From the NCBI RefSeq assembly GCF_964204645.1, contig NC_134027.1:16648485-16712484 (forward strand): DNA of 64,000 nt. Direction: 5' to 3'. Each line of letters starts with the position of its first letter. Within the stretch, counting starts at the first letter, position 1. The DNA comes from Tubulanus polymorphus (taxonomy: Eukaryota; Animalia; Nemertea). Shown one piece after another: positions 51,340 through 63,022 of the stretch. Position numbers and translations under genes: made by a program. Under the pieces are notes generated by a model. The model worked only from the letters and a program-made list of their open reading frames with translations. It did no database searches and had not been told where the DNA came from.

Positions 51340-53272
51340 TTTCATAGATTGTTTCCACCTCTTTGATCTGAACGATTTCTGAATGAATGTAATCTGCGTG
51401 AGCCATTCAGTGTTTGAGCGCTGTTAACTTCGGGGTGATTACGTTCAATCTCCGTGTCACTGACATATATGTAGCTACATGTTGGTAAGGTATTCGTCCG
51501 ATACGAGTTCCTTGCAGCAATAGTCATACATATCTTTGCAGTTTCGAATAATAACCTTTTTGGCTGCAATGGCCCAATTTAGGTATTGGTTAATGAGGCC
51601 TGTTTCGTCATGGCTGTTATCATCTGATATGACAATAAAAGCGTGGCGAATGCCTGGCTTGTTGGGAGGATTATAATAAGCCACAGAAGGGTGCAAGGTT
51701 ACTTGTGGCTTTCTGAAGAAAGCGCTCTTCACTTCGTCTTGGTACTGGATCTCTCGAATTTTGGCAAAATCACAGATTATAAGAACCCAATTCTCAGGTA
51801 ATTTAGATTTGATTTCTAAATATTGCTTCCTCTGTCACCCTGACGTAAATGCGAACAAAAGTTACACAACCACATTTCTTCAGCTCATCTTTTAACTCCG
51901 TTTTACATTCAGCAGTCGTTTGTCATTTCGTTTCAAGAACATATTTCGGCTGAGAGTTCTCATGTATTTTTTTGGTTTTCCCTGTGGTTCCATGTAATGA
52001 GCTGGTCACTGGGTCTGACTGGGAACATCTAGGAAAAGTTTATCGACTGTAGAGTCATGGTCTCTACAGTTCACACAAATGCCAAGCACATCGGCTCCTT
52101 TGTGAAACCTGTCTGCGTCAGATTTCTGACATAAAAGAGACTCTGTAAGCTCATTTTTGCTTCGGACCTTGTGAGCCACTGAGTTGAATGATAGCACGGC
52201 ACGAATTTTCTCACAGTATACACATGTGCATGTGTTTCGGGTTGTCTTCATTAGTCTTTCATTTCGTGGTCGTAATAATGTAAATTTTGTAAAGCCCAGC
52301 TTTACATGGGGGTTTTCTTTTTTATACATTTTAAATGCAGCCTACAGGGAACATGTCATGAAATCCCCGCACCCTCTTTGGTGGCATGTCACTTTTCAGG
52401 CATTATTCGCAAAACATCTTTGCGAATATAGAATGCGTTCACTGATTTTTTTGTGGCAACCAACAAACCAACTCTTTTTTTGTTGGTAATACATCACGAT
52501 ACTGAATGATTCTTTCAATGGTGGCCCATTCAAGCTATGCGAGAGCTGACGAATACTGCTACTTTTTTCTCTGAATATATGTAAGTGCCAATGGTTCCGC
52601 CATGACAATGCCATGGCTCCGCTTCATTTGCCAAATTTTTTGTCCGATAATATCTTCCGCTGCTTGCGATGACAATGGGTTTAAAACGTCAGTGGGGTAA
52701 CGATGTACTAGTTGCGCAACTACCTCCAATGCTTGCTTTTTGTTTATCGGTAACGATTTACCGGCCTTATGAGTTGCATCATATAAAGAACATTTGCAGC
52801 CATAAGATGAAGATGCGCTAGGTTGATTTGGTTCCGGAACTGGTCAGGGCTTTTAAGCTTGTTTTCGTTTTTGATCATACTCGCGAACTCGCCAGCGTTT
52901 TTGACCTGACCACCGTGACCTTTTTGTCCCTCTTATGTTTGCACCATTCATTACGTTTTTCAACCGCATTCCTCGTTCGATTATTATTTGGGGTTTTAAG
53001 TTTTATTCGCAATTGTTTACGGGCTGGGGTCTCAGCAGCAGCGATAGCTTCATGTGGATTATCGTGCAGTTTTCTATTACGTTCACGGGTCTGGGATTTT
53101 ATCTTCTCATGAGTTTCAATAGGCGTTTTAGATGGTTTTTTTACTTCATTCCGTGTTAAACTCACTCATCCTATCTCGGACTCTTTATCATTTGCCTAAT
53201 GCAATATTCTTCAAAGTCTTTGGTGTTTTCATTTTTCAAATTCTGCCGATATTTAGCAGCCCAGGAAGACAT
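51340..53272 (-). pseudogene. Sola2-type transposase, decayed and internally deleted
   Basis: GFTKFTLLRPRN...TCTCVYCE, C.NC, DFAK, QDEVKSAFFRKPQVTLHPSVAYY, VISDDNSHD; termini not identified. Confidence 0.78.
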
Positions 53273-54291
53273 CCTATAAAAGAGGGTATATTATGAAGGG
53301 TTTATCATAGGAATGGCTGTTACGCTGTGGCATGCATCAAGGATGTAGCGTTTCCGTTACGGATGTAGCGCGAGTCACCATTTCTCAATCAAGAGATGTG
53401 ATGTATGTTACACTTTTTCCGTCTCATTGTATCGCGGGAAACAAACAGATTCATGCATGCGTTATAATTATCGATTACAGTAGCGCACGGCGAGTGCATC
53501 TGAAAATCTAAGTCAGGGGAGTTGTTAAATCGATTCATCTGACGCTTATGATGAATTTCTATTATTTTACGTAATCTTAACCAGATCTTACGTCACTATG
53601 GAACTACGTCATTTCTACTGGCGGAAAAATAAGATTGCTCATAAAGAAAAAAGAAGCTAATTACCTGGAAAACAAGGATGATTATATCATTTGTCCTTGG
53701 GAGAGTGAACTATTGACTAAGTTTTGATGGTCGGATGACGTAATATTGCTCTGGTTCGTATGCTACATACCCTGACGTAAGGTCAATCCTGTAGCGTGGT
53801 CAATTTTCAAAACGCGATTACGATATTGTTGTTGGGGGTAATGGGTTAAAAAGCTGGAATGTGCAGGTGTGTACTGCGTGAATCAATCTAGGACAGATCG
53901 CATTGAACTATGTACTCGCTGCTGCTATTGATCAATATCTAAGTTTACTACTTCATGCTGACGGAGTGGAGAGTAGTACGATGTAGCACTTAAATCACTA
54001 TTTCAAATGAGTTTCGTGTTATTTACAATGAAATTTTTGGATGCAAAATTGAGGTATGAATATGTATTTTAGAGTGTGCATATATTTATTTCGTTAATTG
54101 TACATGACAAAATGAATCTTTCGAGGTGATAAATCGACACTCCCGTCAATGGTATAACATTACGTCAGTAAGAAACGTGTGAACTAAATTTGAAATGTCA
54201 TTCATACCAGTAAAACTACACAGATTTGTTTGAATTTATACATTTATTTCACCATATACATATTCAACTTAACAAGTTTTGAAAATGGTAC

Positions 54292-54873
54292 GATAACCAC
54301 ACTCAAACGTGGTGAACAGATGATAAGATAAAAACCCACTATTTACAAATTAAAAGAAATCTAAAATCGAGAATTTATTAATTGAAACAATCTAAAATAT
54401 AAGAACACGACGTTTCGATCTCACACTAGAGATATAATAAATCAAAAACCAGCTAGTGGCGTAGCCAATCACGTTTGGAACACTCGTCATCGTTTTAATT
54501 TTGATAAAGCCGAAATTATTTATACTTCAAGCAATTACACTAAACGCCACATAGTTGAGTCTGCCCTAATTACTCGTCACTCAGATATTAGTACCAATTT
54601 AAACAATGGCTTTTCTCCTCACAATTCCCTTCTTTCTAAGTATATTACTTCATGCCTTGCCAAACACTAATTAGTTACTCACTCACCAATTTACTCAATT
54701 AACCTGTTCTCCTCAGTATATATACCCCTGTTTTTAGTCAATATCTCACACCTGACGATGATCTCTAGTGTGAGATCGAAACACCGTGTTCTTTTATTTT
54801 AGATTGTTTCAATTAATAAATTCTCGATTTTAGATTTCTTTGAATTTGTTAATAGTGGGTTTTGATCTTATCA
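54292..54873 (+). mobile_element. 5'-truncated Penelope-like element with inverted pLTR
   Basis: Inverted pLTR 54292-54432; GIY-YIG C-terminus GVANHVWNTRHRFNFDKAEII...RHIVESALI...NLNNG (stop about 54670); forward pLTR with hammerhead core at 54748-54789 (cleavage motif CGTC changed to CACC). Confidence 0.88.
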
Positions 54874-55458
54874 AGTTTTGAAATAGTATTAAGTTTCCTG
54901 AAATCTTTAATGAAATCAATTTTTCATGGAGGACGGAATGGTACAGATTATAGTGAAATCTGTCGTAGGCCTACTTGACGATTGTACAGATCGGTATAGT
55001 CTAAACGTACTGTAGGCCTACTCAATACTACATCGAGTCGGGCAGCATCATTGTTTACATTTTTCAAAGAATGTAATCTACAGTTTAAGATATCGCCAAC
55101 ACAAATCTTTGTCAGAATTATATCAACAGTGAACCCAGCATCATTGGATTAACTGTGTTCGTATACTAAATGAGATAATTCTATCATATTCAGCAGATGA
55201 AAAAGACGAATTGAATTTACGAATCGCGTGTGATCCCAATCTCAGCTGGTTGTTTGGGAAATACCAACAGAGCGTGTCTTTTCCGTAATGACGTCAGAAG
55301 CATGATTAAGTAGGCCAGAACCTGAACTGCTGAAGAGCAATGATAAGCCGACAGAGCTTTATGGAGCGTGGTAAAAATTTTACCCGCTCCTGCAAAAACA
55401 AACTGCTCTTTGAAAATTCTTCAAAATTCGACATAAATTGCCTATTTAACCGATGAAA

Positions 55459-56875
55459 CAAGAGGCCCATGGGCCTTGTACCTTCATGACGCAGTAGTAG
55501 TAGAATGATTTAGTATTCAAAGTTTAACAGAAAGATTTACACTGTAACAATGTAACAAGTTTTAAAATAGTTTAGATGGTATAGGCTATGCGGGGATAAT
55601 GTTCATTTTCTGTTAATATATCTTTACATGAAAAGACAAGCCCATTTTAGATGCCCCAAAGATCACACTACATGAAACCAGGGGTCCAGGGACACCATGC
55701 CCACATGGGAAGTGGTTCCAAATGCTTCACAATCTAACAATTTCAATATTCAACGCCCCCTGGTGACCATATACAAAAACCAATGACCTTGAAACTAACC
55801 ACAATCATAGAACATGTCAGAAACTATGCTTATTAATTGATTGTGATAACAAAATATGCTTTGTAACCAATTTAATATGGAAATACCAAGTTATTCTACT
55901 ATTCTACGCCCCCTAGTGACCATATTCAAAACTCAATGACCTTGAAACTCACCAAAATCATAGAACATGTCATGACCTATAACTTTGTAATTGATCATGG
56001 TAACAAAATATGCCTAGGTACCAATATAATAAGGAAATACTAAGTTATTCTACTATTTAACGCCCCCTGGTGACCATATAGAATAACTAATGGCCTTAAA
56101 ACTTGCCACAATCAATGATGATGTCATGAGCTTCAACTTTGCAATTGATTGTGGTTACAAAATAGGCATTGATACGAATATAATATAGAAATACTAAGAT
56201 ATTGTATTTTTCAACGCCCCCTGGTGGCCATATACAAAAACCAATGACCTTGAAACTCACCACAATCATAGAACACGTTATGAGCTACAAGTTTCTAATT
56301 GATTGTGGTAACAAAATACGCTTAGGTATCTATATAATGTGGAAAAACTTTTTCCCACCTACGAATGAGTACTGATGACACCAAGATGGCTGCCAATTGC
56401 GTCATAATTGGCTGATCAAAAATACCTGTCTCAGGTATAAAACATCCCTTTTCAAAGAATACCCATCACAAATTGCAATGAGAAAGGGCAAAACCAGTAG
56501 GGAGCTACAGGACTCAGAATTCGGGCCAAATTTGACATTTTTGGACACTAAAAAAGGTCATAGGACGGTCATCTTGAGTCTGATCAACCCAATTTATGCT
56601 GATGGGCCCTGGGGGATTCTCATACATCTAAAAGATCAGGTAATTGATCAAAGCGTTTTCAAAATTTCCCTCAAAAAGTTCAAAAATGTATAAAAAGTGT
56701 TGATTTTGGCGAACAACAATGGATGCCAGTCGGCCATCTTGATTCTGACAGGGCCAGTTATTGGGCTGAAGATGTGTCTAGGGTAGATACATGTGTAACC
56801 CAAATATCAAGACATCATGACAGCGGACGAAAAGTGAACACAATAGCCCGCTGGGAATTAAGTCCCAAATGGGCT
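55459..56875 (-). mobile_element. HINE-like element with four internal units of about 154 bp (copy 2); partial third copy at about 57660-58007
   Basis: AACAAGAGGCCCATGGGCCTT end, GCCC..TGGGA..TCCCA..GGGCT hairpin end, A-run flanks. Confidence 0.82.
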
Positions 56876-58323
56876 AAAAATGCATCAAGAATTGGTGTCG
56901 GTATCGTGCTGAAAAGAAATCTAAGATGGATGGCAACCCTGGTGGCCATACTCAAACTCAATTTTCAATAAGGGGTAGACATTTCACCTACCAAAATTCT
57001 TACACCTAGTTTCATGAAAATGCATCAAGAATTGCAGGCCGTTTCGTGCTAGAAATCAAGATGGCTGACCTGGCTGCCATATTTGAAAGCCAATGACCTC
57101 CATATACAAAAGGCATGGACAGCTTACCTACCCTGATCCTCACACCAAATTTTGTGGAAATCCATCAAGAATTGCGGGCTGCATCGGCAAACAAGAAATT
57201 CAAGATGGCCACCCCAATGGCAGCCATATTCGATCACCAATGAAATTTTTTTTACAATAGGGGTGGACATCTCGCCAGACCCAATCTTCAAGCTAATAAT
57301 CAAAAAGATTCATCACAAATTACAGGCGAATTATTGTGTCGAATTCAATTCAATTCCAGAGGTCTTGGCTTAGGCCTATGCAATAGGAGGAATCAATTAA
57401 GATTCGGCTTTTTGAAAAACCAGCAGAGAAAAACCAGCCTATTCAAATCATATGTAATTAAAAAATTCAGCGCTTCTTAGTTTGATGTCCCTGTTTTCAT
57501 CGCACACATGGTTAAAATTATTGTTTACATCTCAACCTCTTCAACAGCTGATACAACCGCACCAGCGTCTGTCAATCATCTTAATTGATTCATATACTAA
57601 AATTCTCACTATGAAAAAACTATGCGGTGATCAATCCAGAATTTTTCAGTAGAATGTCAGACACTAGGTACCCTTTTTTACAGGATACAAATACATACGT
57701 AAGATCATGACAATTGATCAAAGCATTTTCAAAATTCCCCTCGAAAACTTGAAAAATGTGTAAAAAGTGCGGATTTTGGCGAACAACAATGGCTGCCAGT
57801 CGGTCATCTTGAATCTGACAGGGCCCATTTTTGGGCTGAAGATGTGTCTAGGGAAGATATATGTGTAACCAAAATATAAAAACATTGCATCGAAGCATCT
57901 TTAAAACTTCCCGAAATAACTGGATTCCGTCGACGGCAGACGGACGGACGCTAGAACGAACGCTATGACGAACGGACGATAAGTGAAACTTAAGTCCCAA
58001 ATGGGCTAAAAATGGATTAATAATTATTGGTGATCATTTTCTGATTTCATCTATTTCATTATAAACAAATGATAGCTGATGAAGTTTAATGAACATACAT
58101 GGTTTGTAGGGGTAATTTCTAGTATTTTCTGAGCACTAAATGAAATACGAAATTATGTTAAAATTTGGGAAAATGCTCTGGTGAGGGGGTGTTTCATTAT
58201 CAGTGGTAGAGAAGAGTTTGAGCTAAATTGTCAGGTTCGATTTTTGAAATTGAAAGATCGGTACTCAGGACCTTTTTCCAAATAAGAATGCATATCGATC
58301 CAAAACATAACTTCATTACTTAC

Positions 58324-58455
58324 CACAGCTGTACTTGATTGTCGCATTTTCTTCACTGCTGGGTCTGAAAAATTGCAACCAAGCAATTGCTTGACATTTT
58401 GGACTGTGTTAGCTGCATTGCGAATTATACCTTGTTTAGCGGATAAACCAACTGC
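58324..58455 (-). CDS. HSPA14: HSPA14 (Hsp70-L1) internal coding exon, 132 bp, phase 0/0
   Basis: tacag|GCA...GTG|gtaagt; translates AVGLSAKQGIIRNAANTVQNVKQLLGCNFSDPAVKKMRQSSTAV, matching the Hsp70 NBD segment (vG.aAK.q...N..NT...vK.l.G); in phase with the next exon. Confidence 0.92.
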
Positions 58456-58548
58456 CTGTAAAAATATTAACATAAAAACTTATAAGCGAATCTAACTGCA
58501 TTGTATACATCATTGTGTGAAGAAAATCAACATCGGGATGTATTATCC

Positions 58549-59250
58549 CTTATGTCGACTGTGCTCCGATTCGCAGCAACTGAGGACGACTAGCGGATAT
58601 GAGATCCTCCCAGTTGCTTCACTGCTTATGTCAGTTACGATTACTAGCAACTACAACGGCTCAAATGGTCACGTGATAAGCATTTTGAGAATAAATTTGA
58701 ATTATTGGGAAATATATTTCTATTAGAAAAGCTATTTCTTTAAGATCTTTATCTTTCTGATTCTGTTTTGACTACAATGTGCTAGCGACATTATATAAAG
58801 ATGGCCACTCACACCATAATTCTACCAATTTCGTTTCTAGATCTTCAGCCAAGTCATCTGCCGTGCAGAAGGTATCGTTTACGTTTTGAACTACTTGAAT
58901 TGGAAAATTTGACTAATTACGAATGACGCTAACTATTAATTTGTACTATTTATATGCGGTCTCTTATTGGCTGGAACACCTGCGCTCAGTTCCGTCGCGT
59001 TGCAGATGAGCTTATGTCGGTTGCGATCGAAAGCAACTGTCCGCCTACCGTAGGCCGGAGTAGAACATGGGGAACTAGCCGGATACGGCTTGCGACGAGT
59101 TGGTAGGCGTTGGGTTGCCGTTGCAAGCCGGCATTTGTGGAACCGATTGCGCGGCAACTGGCGGCCTCTCATAGGCCGCTAGTTGTCGCTAATCGGTGAT
59201 AAACCCAGTTGCATCGGTAGGCGTCGCGTTGCATGTCGACATAAGCAGCC
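58549..59250. mobile_element. Probable Harbinger/ISL2EU-like non-autonomous element
   Basis: Inverted CTTATGTCGAC / GTCGACATAAG and dense GCAAC/GTTGC subterminal repeats; TSD unclear. Confidence 0.45.
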
Positions 59251-59519
59251 TTTAGAGGTGATTTTAATAGCAGCTTTTGTTATGCTAGCCAGTGAAGATT
59301 TCTTTGTCAACAATGCTAAAAATTGTGTGGGATGTTTTTAGACAAATGTCACAGATTCCCCAAGGACAAAGAAGTCTGTTTGTAGTGGAAATAGGGATTC
59401 AAAGGATATATCCAGCAAGGAAAGCACCATTGCAACCAGGAAGTTATAGTGTCGTTTTCCACTTCGTATAAAGTGATTACACACCAGCTTACTTAATGGG
59501 TGTGTGACTTAGTTGGTAA

Positions 59520-59773
59520 TTATAATTGAAATAAAATATGAAGTAAAATTCAGTACACCAACTATTTAAAATTACCAAGTTTTGTGGCCCACCTCATAGA
59601 ATCATACATCATATGAAAGCCTTGACTATTTACTACAAAATAATACTGACTTGTAATGCATGAAAATAAACAGCAAATGAGCTATTGGGTATCGTGATGA
59701 ACTTAGATTTTACCTTGAATTTTCCAAGGAGTAATTGACACTACAAAGTGCAATTCCTGAGAGTGCTAATGGG
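59520..59773 (+). mobile_element. Orphan piggyBac-like terminus
   Basis: GAGTGCTAATGGG|TTAA with a subterminal imperfect palindrome; a similar orphan end GAAAGGG|TTAA at 16137. Confidence 0.45.
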
Positions 59774-60304
59774 TTAAAGTCACAGAATAATGTCATTTTC
59801 ATGCACGTAGCTTGGCAAAAGTCACAGATCATCCAAGGTGAATATTGTGAAAAACACCACAGAAAATCTGAAGTTTTTAAAAACTGATAAAGTTTTTCAA
59901 GATAAGAATATTAAAGTATTTTATCATATTTTAAAGTGAACGATCAATAATACTCGAGGACAAAGGTCCAGTTTTCATAATATCAATGAAAACATATCAC
60001 ATTGTTCATTCTACTACTCTTTTTATTATTAACCTATTCACTAAAACAACTGCCCGGACACTACAATGAGACTGGATGCCTCAGACAGTGGTAGGCAGGA
60101 ACTAATACGTTAGATTAATTTGTTTTATTTAAAATTTGAGCGCGATATGAGAGTCGGTGATAGTTCAAAAAGATAGACAGATAAAACGGCCTTCCCGAGA
60201 CTTTTATGACCAATGTGTATCACTTTCAAAGACTTTTTAATAATAATTGAAATGAAAAGTGAGTAACGGAAATTTTTTTAACAATCACGGAAACATTTTT
60301 CAAC

Positions 60305-61427
60305 TTATGAATGGAAACGCATACCTATCTTCGGAATGAAGTTTTTGGCAGAATTTCCGTGGCATCAGTAGTTTATATCATAAAATCAGTAGTTTCCTTT
60401 AGAGTATCAATAGCATCAGAAAACAGAGTAAATCAAAAAAATAAAATTGATTATCCTTCACCTTTAAATTTTTCATTGTACCTCAGGTCAATGAGAACCA
60501 AAATCTGAGGATCGGAAGGATAACAAGAAACGAAATTCTTAATATGGACTTTCCTAAATTTACATGAGTATGTTTAATCAGCATGACGCATCAGGGTCAT
60601 TCACAAATATAATCAAGGAAACCAAAACTTTGATCTGTTGAAATAAAATGTCAACATTGCGACTGAAATATTATTAAATAAAATTTAACCTTGATCTCGA
60701 TTGATTCGAATTTAAAATAAAAATCCACCATTCGGTGAATTCTGTCCACACTTGAATTTTAAAAATGTTCCTAATAGGCTACCATATTTCTTGGATCTAT
60801 CCAAGAAACGATAGTTCATAGGTCGAGCCACGTTATTAGAGAGTTAGGCAAGAGTCAGACCTCTACGTTTAGACCGGCTGGAAGTAAATCTAGACGTTTT
60901 TCCAGCTAAAATTATTTGTTTAAAATGTTTGAACAACACACAAAACTTTATAGTACCAGCAGTCCGGGTCTATTTTTATTTCACAGAAACGCATGTATAC
61001 AAAAAGAACGGTAATTTGCTTCGATTTTGGTATATTTTTGATTATTTCACAAAAATAAGAGTTCAGAATTCTATGAAATTTTCAGATTGTAAAATAGATA
61101 CTATATGACACCTTCAATAAAAAAATCAGATCTCAGGACCATCTAGATAAAAAGTGTGCCACCCGTTTTACTGAAATTTTTCGCGATAGGCAAATGCATT
61201 GGAAGCATGACGTCATCAGCTAGTGATAGCAAAAGCGAACCATAGGTTCGCTAAAAATAGTGAAAACTATTTAATTTAATACAAATGATGGGAGACGAGT
61301 GACTTTTTACAGACAATTAGATCGAAAAAAAGGACGAAAAATATCAAGAAAAAAATGGCTTTTTTTCAAATTATGAATGGAAACGCATACCTATCTTCGG
61401 AATGAAGTTTTTGGCAGAATTTCCGTG
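60305..61427. repeat. Identical 57-bp direct repeat pair (60305-60361, 61371-61427)
   Basis: TTATGAATGGAAACGCATACCTATCTTCGGAATGAAGTTTTTGGCAGAATTTCCGTG occurs twice, with a HINE-like hairpin end (GCGAACCATAGGTTCGC) between the copies. Confidence 0.9.
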
Positions 61428-62168
61428 CTCCAAGTAATCAAAAAAGCCTAAGATGTCCCCCTTGATTGAATACAGAAAGTTTCATGAAAATCTGTCAATT
61501 GATACGATCTCCATCACACACAACAGCATGCCGATTCATCAAACATGGTACTGGGTTTCCCCACTGACTCAAATAGACACGTTCATCGTGTGACGATTTC
61601 TATACACTATGTACAAAGTTTGTTATACAATTTATTTTCTTAAATTGAACAATTTCCAAGATTCACTCCCCTCTTTCCCAATTTTACTGCCCTTCTATAA
61701 AATGCACTCCTTTTCACGGCGGCCACGACGAACCCTGGCAGTTGAATAATTTGCAGTTTCAAGAAAACTTTAACTAGGCAACACACGAGACGCACTTTTT
61801 ATATACATGCACGGATCAATACACCACAAACCAGCAAGTGTTACGTTTCAGGCACGTGTGTAAAGCAAGAATATACGTAAAAAGGCATGTGTTTTTCCAA
61901 AACGAAATGTAGTTCTAACAACAAATAAAAAAACTAAATTGATAAATAAGCAATATATATTGATACCGGCTGGCATTACTGGTAATTTTCATGAAAAAAT
62001 CCCTCACTCCCAGTGCTTTCAAGAAATAACATCTGTTCTATAGTTGACTGTCTTAAATTCAAATCAAACTCTTCCAAAACTCAAAAGTCTCTGGTAAAAA
62101 TTTCCACTCATTACGCGTGTGGGCTTTAAAGAGCAAATGCTGTCAAAATAGAATATTGTGTAAAAGTC

Positions 62169-63022
62169 ATTCTATCTCATCAGTAATTAGGTCACTACAG
62201 AATCCCATGAGCACATGTGGTATCGCCAGTCAGTGTGCATTTGGCTTCGCTGGAGATCAGTCGTTTTTTCTCACAGTGTGCTTGAACTGTTCTTGTGTGT
62301 TTGTGTGTTACTGGATTTGTAATAGCTGTTGCATTTAATTTCTTCCGACTGTTGTTGGATTACTGTTATTAACTGTTGTACTTGGATATATATTTACTGA
62401 TCTACGAATAATGGCTGAAAAAAGGCTATATTATCTGATGACGAGGATGCCCTTTTGGGCCCTTCGCAATAAAAATACCCACTCCACTGCAGGGGATTCA
62501 TGCCCTGTGAACCCCACTGGGGACAGGGATGAAGACAAGATGCACCCCACTGGGGACAAGCTTGCCACCATAGAAAAATCTATGGAGTCAATTGCGACAG
62601 CAATGACAAAGATGGGGGACGCTTGGCAACAGATGACCAAGACTGTCAATCAAACCCCAAAGAAAAGGCAAAAGACATGCCATGACATGTCAGATTCTCA
62701 CCATGATGAGAGTGAGGCCGAGGTTGAAATGTCGTCCGATAACGGGGACGACGATGTCGACATATTATTGTCATCTCAAAAAGATGAAAATGGAGGGGAC
62801 GAAGAGGAAAACCCCTCGGACTCAGAGTCTCAACTTAAACTCCTTGATATGGAGTTAAACGATGAAACCCCTGGGCCAGAAATGGACAAAGGGTTAACAG
62901 AAATTATAGAGTAAAGGTTTTCTAAAGCCCTGAACATTGAAATGATGAGGGCCAATGAAAAGACCTACCCGGTACCCAAAAATTGCGAGGCATTAACCAC
63001 GCCTCGGGTTAATATGGAAATT
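62169..63022 (+). mobile_element. DIRS1-like left terminus and truncated gag (ORF1 from 62411)
   Basis: Terminal sequence repeated at 63023-63047 and 63220-63262; acidic ORF followed, after one stop, by YPVPKNCEALTTPRVNMEI, typical of DIRS gag. Confidence 0.8.

Noticed and set aside
48884-59773. One 10.9-kb piggyBac formed by the 48884 and 59773 ends, capturing an HSPA14 exon
   Set aside because: The termini match only at CCC and the enclosed exon is in its normal collinear position; two independent remnants is simpler
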